Positions 46,651 through 55,012 of a stretch of 64,000 nt of DNA are shown one piece after another (positions within the stretch are counted from its first letter, which is position 1; the number at the start of each line of letters is the position of its first letter). The position numbers were made by a program, and so were the translations under genes. The notes beneath the pieces are model-generated. The model searched no databases. It was given only the letters and a program-made list of their open reading frames with translations, and had not been told where the DNA came from. This DNA is from Patescibacteria group bacterium (GTDB lineage: Bacteria > Patescibacteriota > Doudnabacteria > UBA920), in contig WARV01000010.1 of the NCBI GenBank assembly GCA_013387205.1, forward strand, positions 765 through 64,764, written 5' to 3'.

Positions 46651-46835
46651 AAAGTTTATAAAGATTAATAAAGATACCGTGCTATTCTCTTGGCCCCATA
46701 CCGCTCGCTACGACATAAATGTCGGCTCGGGTACAGGGCATGTACCATTCGTCCGCTTATATGCACAGCTTACAAGATTCGTGGCTGTGCCATGTACCTG
46801 AGCGAGTGAGTGCATCCGAACGAACGAATGGTACA

Positions 46836-46912
46836 TGGTGGACGCGAGAGGGCTCGAACCTCTGACCTCGCCGATGTGAACGGCGCGCTCTAACCAACTG
46901 AGCTACGCATCC
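46836..46912 (-). tRNA. tRNA-Val (anticodon CAC)
   Basis: Acceptor ggatgcg/cgcgtcc (one G-U), D arm gctc-agttggtta-gagc, anticodon stem cgccg/cggcg with loop ttCACat, T arm agagg-ttcgagc-cctct, CCA encoded. Confidence 0.85.
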
Positions 46913-47129
46913 CCATAAAAACTAATGCTGTCCAAGTATCAACTTTTGATTTTTTGGCCGTCATCTACTTTATTCGACGGCAAATATAGCAAAATTTAAC
47001 AGTAATTCCACCTGAACTTTTTAAAATATAGCACTCTCGGGGCTTCTGTGCAAGATCTATAAGTAAGAAAATTACAAAAATTTAAGCCCTTACCCTAAAG
47101 CTGTATTTATTATATAATTATATCGATAA

Positions 47130-47250
47130 CTAATACAATTACTAATCAACGAATCCATACTAATAATAACTAATGACAGCTAATACTATCTTAAGTACGC
47201 ATTAGTTATCATTTGTTTTATTCGTTGCATTAGTAGATTAGTTAATCCAA
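47130..47250. repeat. family F repeat
   Basis: Shares acgaatccatactaataataactaatg with 32717..32850. Confidence 0.5.
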
Positions 47251-47265
47251 TTCGCTTATTTTATC

Positions 47266-48693
47266 ATGACCAATCCAGACTTAAACAATAACCAGCCAAT
47301 TCGCCCGCCAAAAATTTCAGTAAGCAACACCGCCCAAGTCAGTTTGCTAAAAGGCCAGAAACAAAAACACGGGACCAGGAAAGCGCTTAAGCTTACTTTA
47401 TTGGCCATTTTGGCTGTTATTTTAATTTTGGGCGGAGTTGTTGCAAACCGGGCCGCTAACCTGTCGCAAAAAATCTTTGTCGGCCAAAAGATGACTTTTT
47501 TCCAAAAAATCAAGGATGTGTTTAAAGGAAGCGGCACAAAGCTGGTCGGAGAAGATTTGGGACAGATTAACGTCCTGCTCCTCGGGATCGGCGGCGAAGG
47601 CCACGACGGCCCATACCTTTCCGACACGATGATTTTGGCGCAAATCCGTCCTGATATCGGCCAGGTATCTTTAATTTCTATCCCCCGCGATTACCTGGTC
47701 CAGCTGCCGAACAATTTAGGCAGCAGGAAAATTAACGCGGCGTTTGCCGAAGGCTACTACAAAAATAAGGACTGGAACGAAGCCGGCACTTGGGCCAGGG
47801 AAGCCGTAGAAAAAGTCTCCGGCCAAAAAATCCCTTATTTCGCAGTGGTTGATTTTGCCGGTTTCGAAGATGCCGTCAATAAAGTTGGCGGCGTGGATGT
47901 TAACGTGGAAAGGGATTTTACCGACTACTCCTATCCCGATTCAAAAGACGGTTACTTGCCGCCAGTGACTTTTAAAAAAGGCTTGGAGCACATGGGTGGC
48001 ACGCGCGCTTTGCAGTTTGCCCGCTCCAGGCATGCGGCTGGCCCCGAAGGATCGGATTTTGCCCGCTCCCAGCGCCAGCAAAAAATCATACAGGCTTTCA
48101 AGGACAAAGCAATGAGCATGCAGACTTTGTCTGATCCTTCCAAAGTAAACGGACTGCTTGGAGTTTTTGCCGACCATTTCCACACCAATGTCAGTCCCGG
48201 GGAAATTTTCAGGATTTATAGCCTGGTTAAGGAACACGACATCCAAAATTTCATTTCCATCAGCCTGGATCCCACCACCAAACTCATCTGTCCGCAGATA
48301 CTGCCGGAGAACGGGGCTTACGTACTTACCCCGTGCCCGGGAAAAACAGACCAGGATATTAAAAACTATTTTGCCAATTCTTTTTCCATAGGAAAACTTT
48401 ACCAGGAAAAAAGCATAATCTGGATGTCTACAAGCAATCAGGACAAGGCAGCTTACCAAACAGCTGACCAGAAACTTAAAGACGCCGGGCTGACCGTCTG
48501 GGAACTGCCTTACAAAGGGCCAGTCCTATCGCAAAACGTTTTTTACCAAGCCAACATAAAGCCGGCAACTGCCGAGTTCATAAAGAACACGCTTGGTGCC
48601 ACCGAAGTCAACCTGCCTCCCCCAGGGATGAAAATTGACAAGAGCAAAGTAGATATTATTGTGATACTTGGAGGAGAAGAGCAGAAGAATTAA
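47266..48693 (+). CDS. LCP family protein (LytR-CpsA-Psr)
   Basis: N-terminal TM; LCP core NVLLLGIGGEG...SDTMILAQIRPD...ISIPRD. Confidence 0.85.
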   Translation: MTNPDLNNNQPIRPPKISVSNTAQVSLLKGQKQKHGTRKALKLTLLAILAVILILGGVVANRAANLSQKIFVGQKMTFFQKIKDVFKGSGTKLVGEDLGQINVLLLGIGGEGHDGPYLSDTMILAQIRPDIGQVSLISIPRDYLVQLPNNLGSRKINAAFAEGYYKNKDWNEAGTWAREAVEKVSGQKIPYFAVVDFAGFEDAVNKVGGVDVNVERDFTDYSYPDSKDGYLPPVTFKKGLEHMGGTRALQFARSRHAAGPEGSDFARSQRQQKIIQAFKDKAMSMQTLSDPSKVNGLLGVFADHFHTNVSPGEIFRIYSLVKEHDIQNFISISLDPTTKLICPQILPENGAYVLTPCPGKTDQDIKNYFANSFSIGKLYQEKSIIWMSTSNQDKAAYQTADQKLKDAGLTVWELPYKGPVLSQNVFYQANIKPATAEFIKNTLGATEVNLPPPGMKIDKSKVDIIVILGGEEQKN

Positions 48694-48905
48694 CCTAATT
48701 ATTCTAATTATTATTAACTCATCCTGTCCTTCTCTTTAGCAAAGAGAAGGAACCAGCTTAGCAAGGCTATAATCTAGCTTAGTATGTACTCCCTCTTTAT
48801 CATAAGAGGGAGACAGAGGGAGTTAGTATTAGGAATTAGGAATTGGGATTTGTTTAGTCCGCCAGCTGGCGGAAATTAGGTTAATTAGGTTAATTAGGTC
48901 AATTG
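48691..48905. repeat. composite family B element containing CTCCCTCTTT-loop-AAAGAGGGAG hairpins
   Basis: ctaatta word arms plus internal hairpins ccttctcttt-agca-aagagaagg and ctccctcttt-atcat-aagagggag-acagagggag. Related composites at 51018 and 52668 (the latter inverted). Confidence 0.6.
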
Positions 48906-48948
48906 TTATCAAAGAATTTTAAAGTAAATCATTAACATTATTCATCCC

Positions 48949-50286
48949 GTGTCTAAATCTATATTACCCATTGTCGCCATAGTCGGACAGCCGAACGTGG
49001 GAAAATCCACCCTATTAAACAAAGTTTCCGGAAAACAGATGGCAGTCACCTCCCCGCTTGCCGGCACCACCCGCGACCGCCAGTATTCGGACATTTCCTG
49101 GAACGAAGTAACATTTACCTTAGTCGATACCGCGGGAATAAACCCCCTGGCCAAAGACGAACTGGAACACAATTTGCACAAACAAGTTGACATTGCCATT
49201 GAGGAAGCGGATTTGATATTGCTCGTAGCTGACGGCAGGCTAAACAGGCTGTCTGTCGACCAATCAATAATCCAAAAACTCCGCCGCACCAAAAAACCGA
49301 TGGTCTTGGCATTGAACAAACTGGATTCGTCTAAAGCCTGGGAAGAAAAACTCGCGGAGTTTGCCGCTTTGGGCATAAAAAATGTTTTTCCCATCTCATC
49401 CATCAACGGGCGGGGCATTGGCGACATGCTGGATTTTGTGGCAAAACAGGTAGCCAAAACTTCCGAAGAAGAAGCTGTCTTGGAGGAAAACCAAAACGGC
49501 ATCGCTGTGGGGATTATCGGCAAACCCAATGTCGGCAAATCCAGCATCTTTAATGCCATTGTCAAAGAAGAGCGCGTGGTAGTCTCCCCTGTCCCCGGCA
49601 CGACCAGGACTGCCATTGACAGCCAGCTTGAAATTGAAGGCCAGCCTTACACTTTTATAGACACGGCCGGGCTGAAAAAGAAAACTTACCGCCAGGCCCA
49701 GGCTGACACTTACGGCGGCTTCCAGACTTTTAAAACCATCAGGCGATCCGACGTCTGCTTTTTGGTTATTGATTCCATAGAAGAAATAACCAAGCAGGAC
49801 CAGCGCGTGGCGCAGGAAATCTTCTCCCTGGAAAAAGGGATTATCATTTTGGCCAACAAGATAGATCTGTTCCGCGGAGACAAAGAAAAACTGCGCGACT
49901 ACGTCAGCATGCATTTTCCGTTTTTATGGATGTGCCCCATGTTCTTAGTTTCCGGAAAGAACGGAGAAGGATTAGAAGAAGCCCTGGCAGCAATAAAGCC
50001 GATTTTTGAATCCAGGAACAAGCAGGTCGACAACCAGGCTTTGAGCGAATTTTTGTCCAAAAAAATCAAGCACAATCCGCCCAAACTCTTGCGCGACCAA
50101 AAAAAGCCAAAAGTATTTTCTTTGCACCAGGTTAATGCCAATCCCCCAACCTTTGAACTGTTAGTCAACCATCCGGCAGCAATTTCGCAACAGTTCAGGA
50201 AATATATTGAAAACTCCATTATAAAAGACTTAGATTTCTGGGGAACACCGATAATCCTAAAACTTAAAGGAAAAGATAAAACATAA
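48949..50286 (+). CDS. der: ribosome-associated GTPase Der (EngA)
   Basis: Two G domains (GQPNVGKSTL, GKPNVGKSSIFN) plus a KH-like C-terminus. Confidence 0.9.
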   Translation: MSKSILPIVAIVGQPNVGKSTLLNKVSGKQMAVTSPLAGTTRDRQYSDISWNEVTFTLVDTAGINPLAKDELEHNLHKQVDIAIEEADLILLVADGRLNRLSVDQSIIQKLRRTKKPMVLALNKLDSSKAWEEKLAEFAALGIKNVFPISSINGRGIGDMLDFVAKQVAKTSEEEAVLEENQNGIAVGIIGKPNVGKSSIFNAIVKEERVVVSPVPGTTRTAIDSQLEIEGQPYTFIDTAGLKKKTYRQAQADTYGGFQTFKTIRRSDVCFLVIDSIEEITKQDQRVAQEIFSLEKGIIILANKIDLFRGDKEKLRDYVSMHFPFLWMCPMFLVSGKNGEGLEEALAAIKPIFESRNKQVDNQALSEFLSKKIKHNPPKLLRDQKKPKVFSLHQVNANPPTFELLVNHPAAISQQFRKYIENSIIKDLDFWGTPIILKLKGKDKT

Positions 50287-50307
50287 AAGTTATCCATACC
50301 ACACAAT

Positions 50308-50346
50308 ACAAAGAGACTCTTCGCTCAGAGCGAAGAGTCTCTTTGT
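50308..50346 (+). terminator. family E perfect 16 bp-stem terminator acaaagagactcttcgct-cagag-cgaagagtctctttgt
   Basis: Near-identical copy with a different loop at 60166..60203. Confidence 0.65.
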
Positions 50347-50484
50347 ATGCGATGCAAAAAATTACAGACCAATCTTCGGTTGGCCCATTTGTAATCAAAA
50401 TGAATTATTTGTTATAATTATTCTACAAACAAACCTTTCAGCGTTAATATCCGCGTAGCTGATCCGCGTTAAGATCAGAGGAAC

Positions 50485-51027
50485 ATGAAACTCATTGTCG
50501 GTTTAGGAAATCCGGGAACAAAATACGAACACACCCGCCACAACGCGGGCTTTTTGGCGATTGACGAATATTTGAAAGACGTCCAAAGCATTAATTGCCA
50601 AAGCAGCTTTAAGTCGCAGGTCTGCGAATTGCATTTTGGCAGCAATAAAATTTTCTTTGTAAAGCCCCAAACCTTCATGAATTTATCCGGTGAGGCAATT
50701 GCCGAAATTGCCAATTTTTATAAAGTTGATATTGCCAAAGACCTGTTAGTCATCCACGATGAAGTTGACTTGCCGTTCGGTACCATAAGAGCCACCGATT
50801 CCTCTTCTTCCGCCGGACATAACGGCGTACAAAATATTATCGACAAATTAGGAACGCAAAATTTTCACAGAATAAGAATTGGCGTGGAATCAAGGACAGA
50901 GGAAGACATGACGCCGACAGACGCTTTTGTCTTGCAAAATTTCACAGACGAAGAAACAAAAAAACTCCAGGAAGAAATCTTTCCCAAAGTTAAGGTTGAG
51001 ATAGAGCGGTTTATAAAATTGACCTAA
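50485..51027 (+). CDS. pth: peptidyl-tRNA hydrolase
   Basis: MKLIVGLGNPGTKYEHTRHNAGF. Confidence 0.9.
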   Translation: MKLIVGLGNPGTKYEHTRHNAGFLAIDEYLKDVQSINCQSSFKSQVCELHFGSNKIFFVKPQTFMNLSGEAIAEIANFYKVDIAKDLLVIHDEVDLPFGTIRATDSSSSAGHNGVQNIIDKLGTQNFHRIRIGVESRTEEDMTPTDAFVLQNFTDEETKKLQEEIFPKVKVEIERFIKLT

Positions 51028-51200
51028 TTATTATTAACTCATCCTGTCCTGCTCTTTGCTAAAGAGAAGGGACATATTAAGAAAGATTTGTAAATGATTA
51101 ACAGATAAACTATCTTAGCATGTTCTCCCTCTTTGTCTAAAGAGGGAGACAGAGGGAGTTGATATTAGAAATTGGGATTTGTTTAGAATAATTTTAAACC
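51018..51200. repeat. composite family B element; its aaattgacctaatta terminus overlaps the pth stop codon
   Basis: Same internal hairpins as 48691..48905. Confidence 0.6.
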
Positions 51201-51562
51201 GCCCTTACAAAAATAAAAAAAACTTTCCATCAACGAATGAAAGGAAAGATTTCAATGTTTACACCCAGTACCCTACTTGCAAGTGAAAGGCTGGAGACAA
51301 TCGCCTTCAAACCTTTGCTTGATGCTAAGAGCAAGTAATAGGAGGGATGATACCTGCTTTCGCAACTTGCATGTAGGATACTAGATATAAGCTTATAACA
51401 AAGTACCATTTAATACTTTACCTATAAGTATACTCCTTTTTTGGCATTTTGTCAACCCCGTTAGAAAGCGCTTTAATTATAAGGCTTTTAGTCAATATTT
51501 GATTAATATCTAATACCTAGGCTTTCTAACGGGGCCAAGGAGTGCTTAAATAACTTAAACAT

Positions 51563-52669
51563 ATGGTTTCCGAGCCCTCAAAAGAGGCCCTTTGCCTCCA
51601 CACCCTGAATTTATTGCCAGAACTAGGACCAACAAGGCTAAAGGCTTTAAAAAACCGCTTTGAGAACTTTTCTAATGCGTTTTCAGCTTCTTTTAACGAT
51701 TTTATTGATATCGGCTTTGAAAAAACACTGGCTGAAAAAATCACCACGCACCTAAAACAGGCTGATTTGGAAAAAGAAGTGCGAATTTTGTCTGGCGAGA
51801 ATATCAATCTGCTCCCTTTTTGGGACGAGCGCTTCCCCGAACTGCTTTTGGAAATTCCTAAATTCCCTGCATTGCTTTATTATAAAGGAATTATGGAAGA
51901 GCCGGACGAGCTTTGCGTGGCCTGCGTGGGGACAAGGATGATTTCCAATTATGGCCGTATAGTCACCCCCAATATTTTAGACCCTCTTATCGATGCCGGT
52001 GTTACAATTGTTTCCGGCATGGCTTATGGCGTGGACGCGCTGGCCCACCAAAGAACCATAGAAAGAAATAAAAGGACTATTGCGGTTTTGGGCGGAGGGC
52101 TAGACAGCAAAAGCATTTACCCGCGGAACCACGCACTGCTGGCGGAAAGGATTTTGGAATGCGGCGGCGCCATTGTATCCGAATACCCTCCGGGAACACC
52201 GAACTTTAAGCAGCATTTTGTGGCGCGCAACCGGATTATTTCCGGACTCAGCGTTGGAACAATTGTTATTGAATGCGATTTGCAAAGCGGCACGCTGATT
52301 ACCGCCAAGCACGCCCTGGACCAGAACCGTGCGGTTTACGCCGTGCCCGGGCCAATTTATTCCGAAACCAGCAAAGGGCCGAACAACTTAATTAAAATGG
52401 GCGCCAAGCTAATAACCGAGGCTAAGGATATTTTGGATGATTTGAATTTAGAGAATTTGCCCGAAGCCAAACAGAACCAGATGATTTTCGGAGACTCCCC
52501 TGCTGAGACCGCCGTGATAAAAATATTATCTTTTGAACCGCTGCACATTGACGAGCTGGTCAAGCAATCCGGCCTGGAAGCTGGCGAAGTTTCTTCAACG
52601 CTTGTCTTTTTGGAAATGAAAGGAAAAGTCAGAAACCTCGGCGGCCAGCAATATATATTGAGTAGGTAA
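51563..52669 (+). CDS. dprA: DNA processing protein DprA (Smf)
   Basis: Rossmann-like core GMAYGVDALAHQ...AVLGGGLD...ISGLS; C-terminal wHTH. Confidence 0.85.
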   Translation: MVSEPSKEALCLHTLNLLPELGPTRLKALKNRFENFSNAFSASFNDFIDIGFEKTLAEKITTHLKQADLEKEVRILSGENINLLPFWDERFPELLLEIPKFPALLYYKGIMEEPDELCVACVGTRMISNYGRIVTPNILDPLIDAGVTIVSGMAYGVDALAHQRTIERNKRTIAVLGGGLDSKSIYPRNHALLAERILECGGAIVSEYPPGTPNFKQHFVARNRIISGLSVGTIVIECDLQSGTLITAKHALDQNRAVYAVPGPIYSETSKGPNNLIKMGAKLITEAKDILDDLNLENLPEAKQNQMIFGDSPAETAVIKILSFEPLHIDELVKQSGLEAGEVSSTLVFLEMKGKVRNLGGQQYILSR

Positions 52670-52900
52670 ATTGACCTAATTAACCTAATTATTCCTAATT
52701 TCCGCCAGCTGACGGACTAAACAAATCCCAAATCCCAATTCCTAATACTAACTCCCTCTGCCTCCCTCTTTAGAAAAGAGGGAGGACATACTAAGAAAGG
52801 TTGGCTGATATATATCAATAAATCTTACTTAGCAAGTTCCTTCTCTTATTCTTAAGAGAAGGGCAGGATGAGTTAATAATTAGGAATAATTAGGTTAATT
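52668..52900. repeat. composite family B element (inverted relative to the previous two); its terminus abuts the dprA stop
   Basis: Read directly. Confidence 0.6.
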
Positions 52901-52916
52901 CTGATACGATATAAAC

Positions 52917-54101
52917 ATGAAACGATACAACTTACTCAAAATATTTCTCCCTATTCTTTTCGTCATCGCCTTAATATTGGGTTTTATCCAGCATAAAGCC
53001 GATCCGTATCTGGGGCAAAACCGCTACGAAATAAAAAATTCTCCTTCCCAAAGCCAGGGAGACGAATTTCAGTATTACATCAACAAAGCCAATGAACTGG
53101 CCGGAAAAAACAACAGCGAAACCACGGCCAGTTTTTTAGCAGTCGGCGACATTATGCTTTCGCGCAACGTGGCGGGCACAATCAAAAAAGCGAATGACCC
53201 ACTATTGCCTTTTTCCAGAATGGCGGATGAATTAAAAGCCGTGGATTTTTCCGTGGGAAATTTGGAATCACCCATGTCAGGAAGCGAGTACTTTAACCCT
53301 TCGGGTACAATGGTTTTTAACATGCCTACGGCTAACATTAAAGGCCTTGTTGATTATAATTTCAAGCTGGTGACCTTAGCCAACAACCACGCGCTTGACC
53401 AGGGATTAAAGGGTCTGGAATTTACCAAAAAATTTCTGGCTGGTAATAACATTAAAGCTGTCGGGGCGGGAAAAAATTTAAATGAAGCCTGGCAGCCTGC
53501 GGTTGTCGAGCAAAACGGCATTAAAATCTGTTTTCTTGGCGTATCTTACGCTTCTGTTAACGACAACGGCAAAACAACAAACGATTACGTCGCGAGGATT
53601 GAGGATATTGAAAATTTAAAATCGAAAATTGAAAATTTAAAATCGCTATGCGATTTTACTGCTGTCCTAATGCACGCGGGAACCGAATACACCACCAAAC
53701 CCAACCAGGTGCAAGAAAATTTTGCCCATGCCGCAATTGACGACGGGGCAGACATGGTTATTGGCAGCCACCCGCATTGGGTCCAAAGCGTGGAAAAGTA
53801 TAATGGCAAATATATTTTTTATTCTTTAGGAAATTTTATATTTGACCAGGAATGGTCCAAGGAAACCAAAGAAGGATTGGTTTTGAAGATAACATTAAAA
53901 TCAAGCAAACAAAAAAACCCGACTATTGGCGGTGCGGCAAGCCTGGATGATTTGCAGGGTACCAGGATAAAAGCGACTCTGGAGAATATAGACCTTATTC
54001 CGGTTATAATTGAAAATTACAGCACGCCAAGGCCGGCAAACCAGGAAGAAACAAAAAGTATTTTGGACAAAATCGGCATTACGCAAAACCCCTTAAAATA
54101 A
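52917..54101 (+). CDS. CapA family protein (poly-gamma-glutamate synthesis / metallophosphatase-like)
   Basis: FLAVGDIMLSR, ANNHALDQG and GSHPHWVQ motifs; contains an exact 21 bp tandem duplication (IENLKSK x2) at 53607..53648. Confidence 0.8.
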   Translation: MKRYNLLKIFLPILFVIALILGFIQHKADPYLGQNRYEIKNSPSQSQGDEFQYYINKANELAGKNNSETTASFLAVGDIMLSRNVAGTIKKANDPLLPFSRMADELKAVDFSVGNLESPMSGSEYFNPSGTMVFNMPTANIKGLVDYNFKLVTLANNHALDQGLKGLEFTKKFLAGNNIKAVGAGKNLNEAWQPAVVEQNGIKICFLGVSYASVNDNGKTTNDYVARIEDIENLKSKIENLKSLCDFTAVLMHAGTEYTTKPNQVQENFAHAAIDDGADMVIGSHPHWVQSVEKYNGKYIFYSLGNFIFDQEWSKETKEGLVLKITLKSSKQKNPTIGGAASLDDLQGTRIKATLENIDLIPVIIENYSTPRPANQEETKSILDKIGITQNPLK

Positions 54102-54118
54102 GTTCTGTAAAACAGCAT

Positions 54119-54210
54119 TCGATGACAGTTAAGGATTACAACCGACTAAGGATTACAGATAATTTACAGATATGCGGATTACGGATCTGTATATCCGTAA
54201 AAGATTAGTA
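54119..54210. repeat. family C palindromic element
   Basis: gattacagataatttacagatatgcggattacggatctgtatatccgtaa...taatctgtaacc; second copy at 21231..21305. Confidence 0.6.
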
Positions 54211-54262
54211 ATCTGTAACCATAAAAAAGAGGGCGACACAAAGGCCGCCCTGTACTATCCGG

Positions 54263-54532
54263 TTATGCCGAACTTGGCGGAAGGAAATAGCAGGCAGAAA
54301 ACTCTTCAACCCCTTCGCTAGTTTTTACAAGCAAGTTGAGGTTATTAGACATATTGACTAAGTTACCCTGTTCGTCCGCATGGCAAAGCGGAATGCCCAG
54401 ACGAAACTTTACAAACCCTTGGAATTCAACTTCATCTCCGCAATGACCGGCAAAAATTTTCTTGGCTGTTTCGGTCCATCTAAGCTTCTGGTTCTGCCCA
54501 GGCTTCAACAACGCCGCTTCCTGTTTGGTCAT
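54263..54532 (-). CDS. hypothetical protein (89 aa)
   Basis: RBS AAGGAGG 6 nt upstream of ATG; second gene of a two-gene cassette. Confidence 0.4.
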   Translation of the reverse strand: MTKQEAALLKPGQNQKLRWTETAKKIFAGHCGDEVEFQGFVKFRLGIPLCHADEQGNLVNMSNNLNLLVKTSEGVEEFSACYFLPPSSA

Positions 54533-54555
54533 CTTTTGCCTCCTTTCTTTGAAAT

Positions 54556-54714
54556 TCAGCTATTTGCTCTTGGTTTTTCTGCCGATTCGGATTGGATTTG
54601 GCTGTCTGGAACATCATCAAGCCTGAAACCGTGATGATGCAGGGAGCCTTTCCTTTCCCGGCGTTTGCCAATTCTTTTTTGGAACCGTCTTTTGCTATTT
54701 CTGCGCTTATGCAT
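54556..54714 (-). CDS. small basic peptide (52 aa, MHKRRNSKRRFQKRIGKRRERKGSLHHHGFRLDDVPDSQIQSESAEKPRANS)
   Basis: RBS AAGGAGGG 3 nt upstream of ATG; not in the ORF track (under 60 aa); ends 23 nt before the next gene's RBS. Confidence 0.35.
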   Translation of the reverse strand: MHKRRNSKRRFQKRIGKRRERKGSLHHHGFRLDDVPDSQIQSESAEKPRANS

Positions 54715-55012
54715 CAACCCTCCTTAGTATATCGCGATATCAAAATAAAGTTATCATAATTAGGCGGAAAAAACAATATTTTGCCTTGAGATTGCCTAGA
54801 ATTTTTACACTATAATATAGGTGCCTATTTGACAAATCGTTTTTGTGTCTGTAAAATCAGTGAATGTGATGTGATACCAATTTACGAATACATGCTAATG
54901 ATACTAATAATACGAAATTATCTAAATAATAATCTTATAAGAGAATTAGTATTATTCGTATCATTAGAATTCAAATTAGTAGATTAGTATCATATAATTA
55001 TAAATCTATCTT

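Noticed and set aside
47256-50306. Antisense ORFs within LCP and der (47256..47627 -, 47941..48459 -, 49396..49914 -, 48942..49616 -)
   Set aside because: They are shadows of well-supported plus-strand genes.
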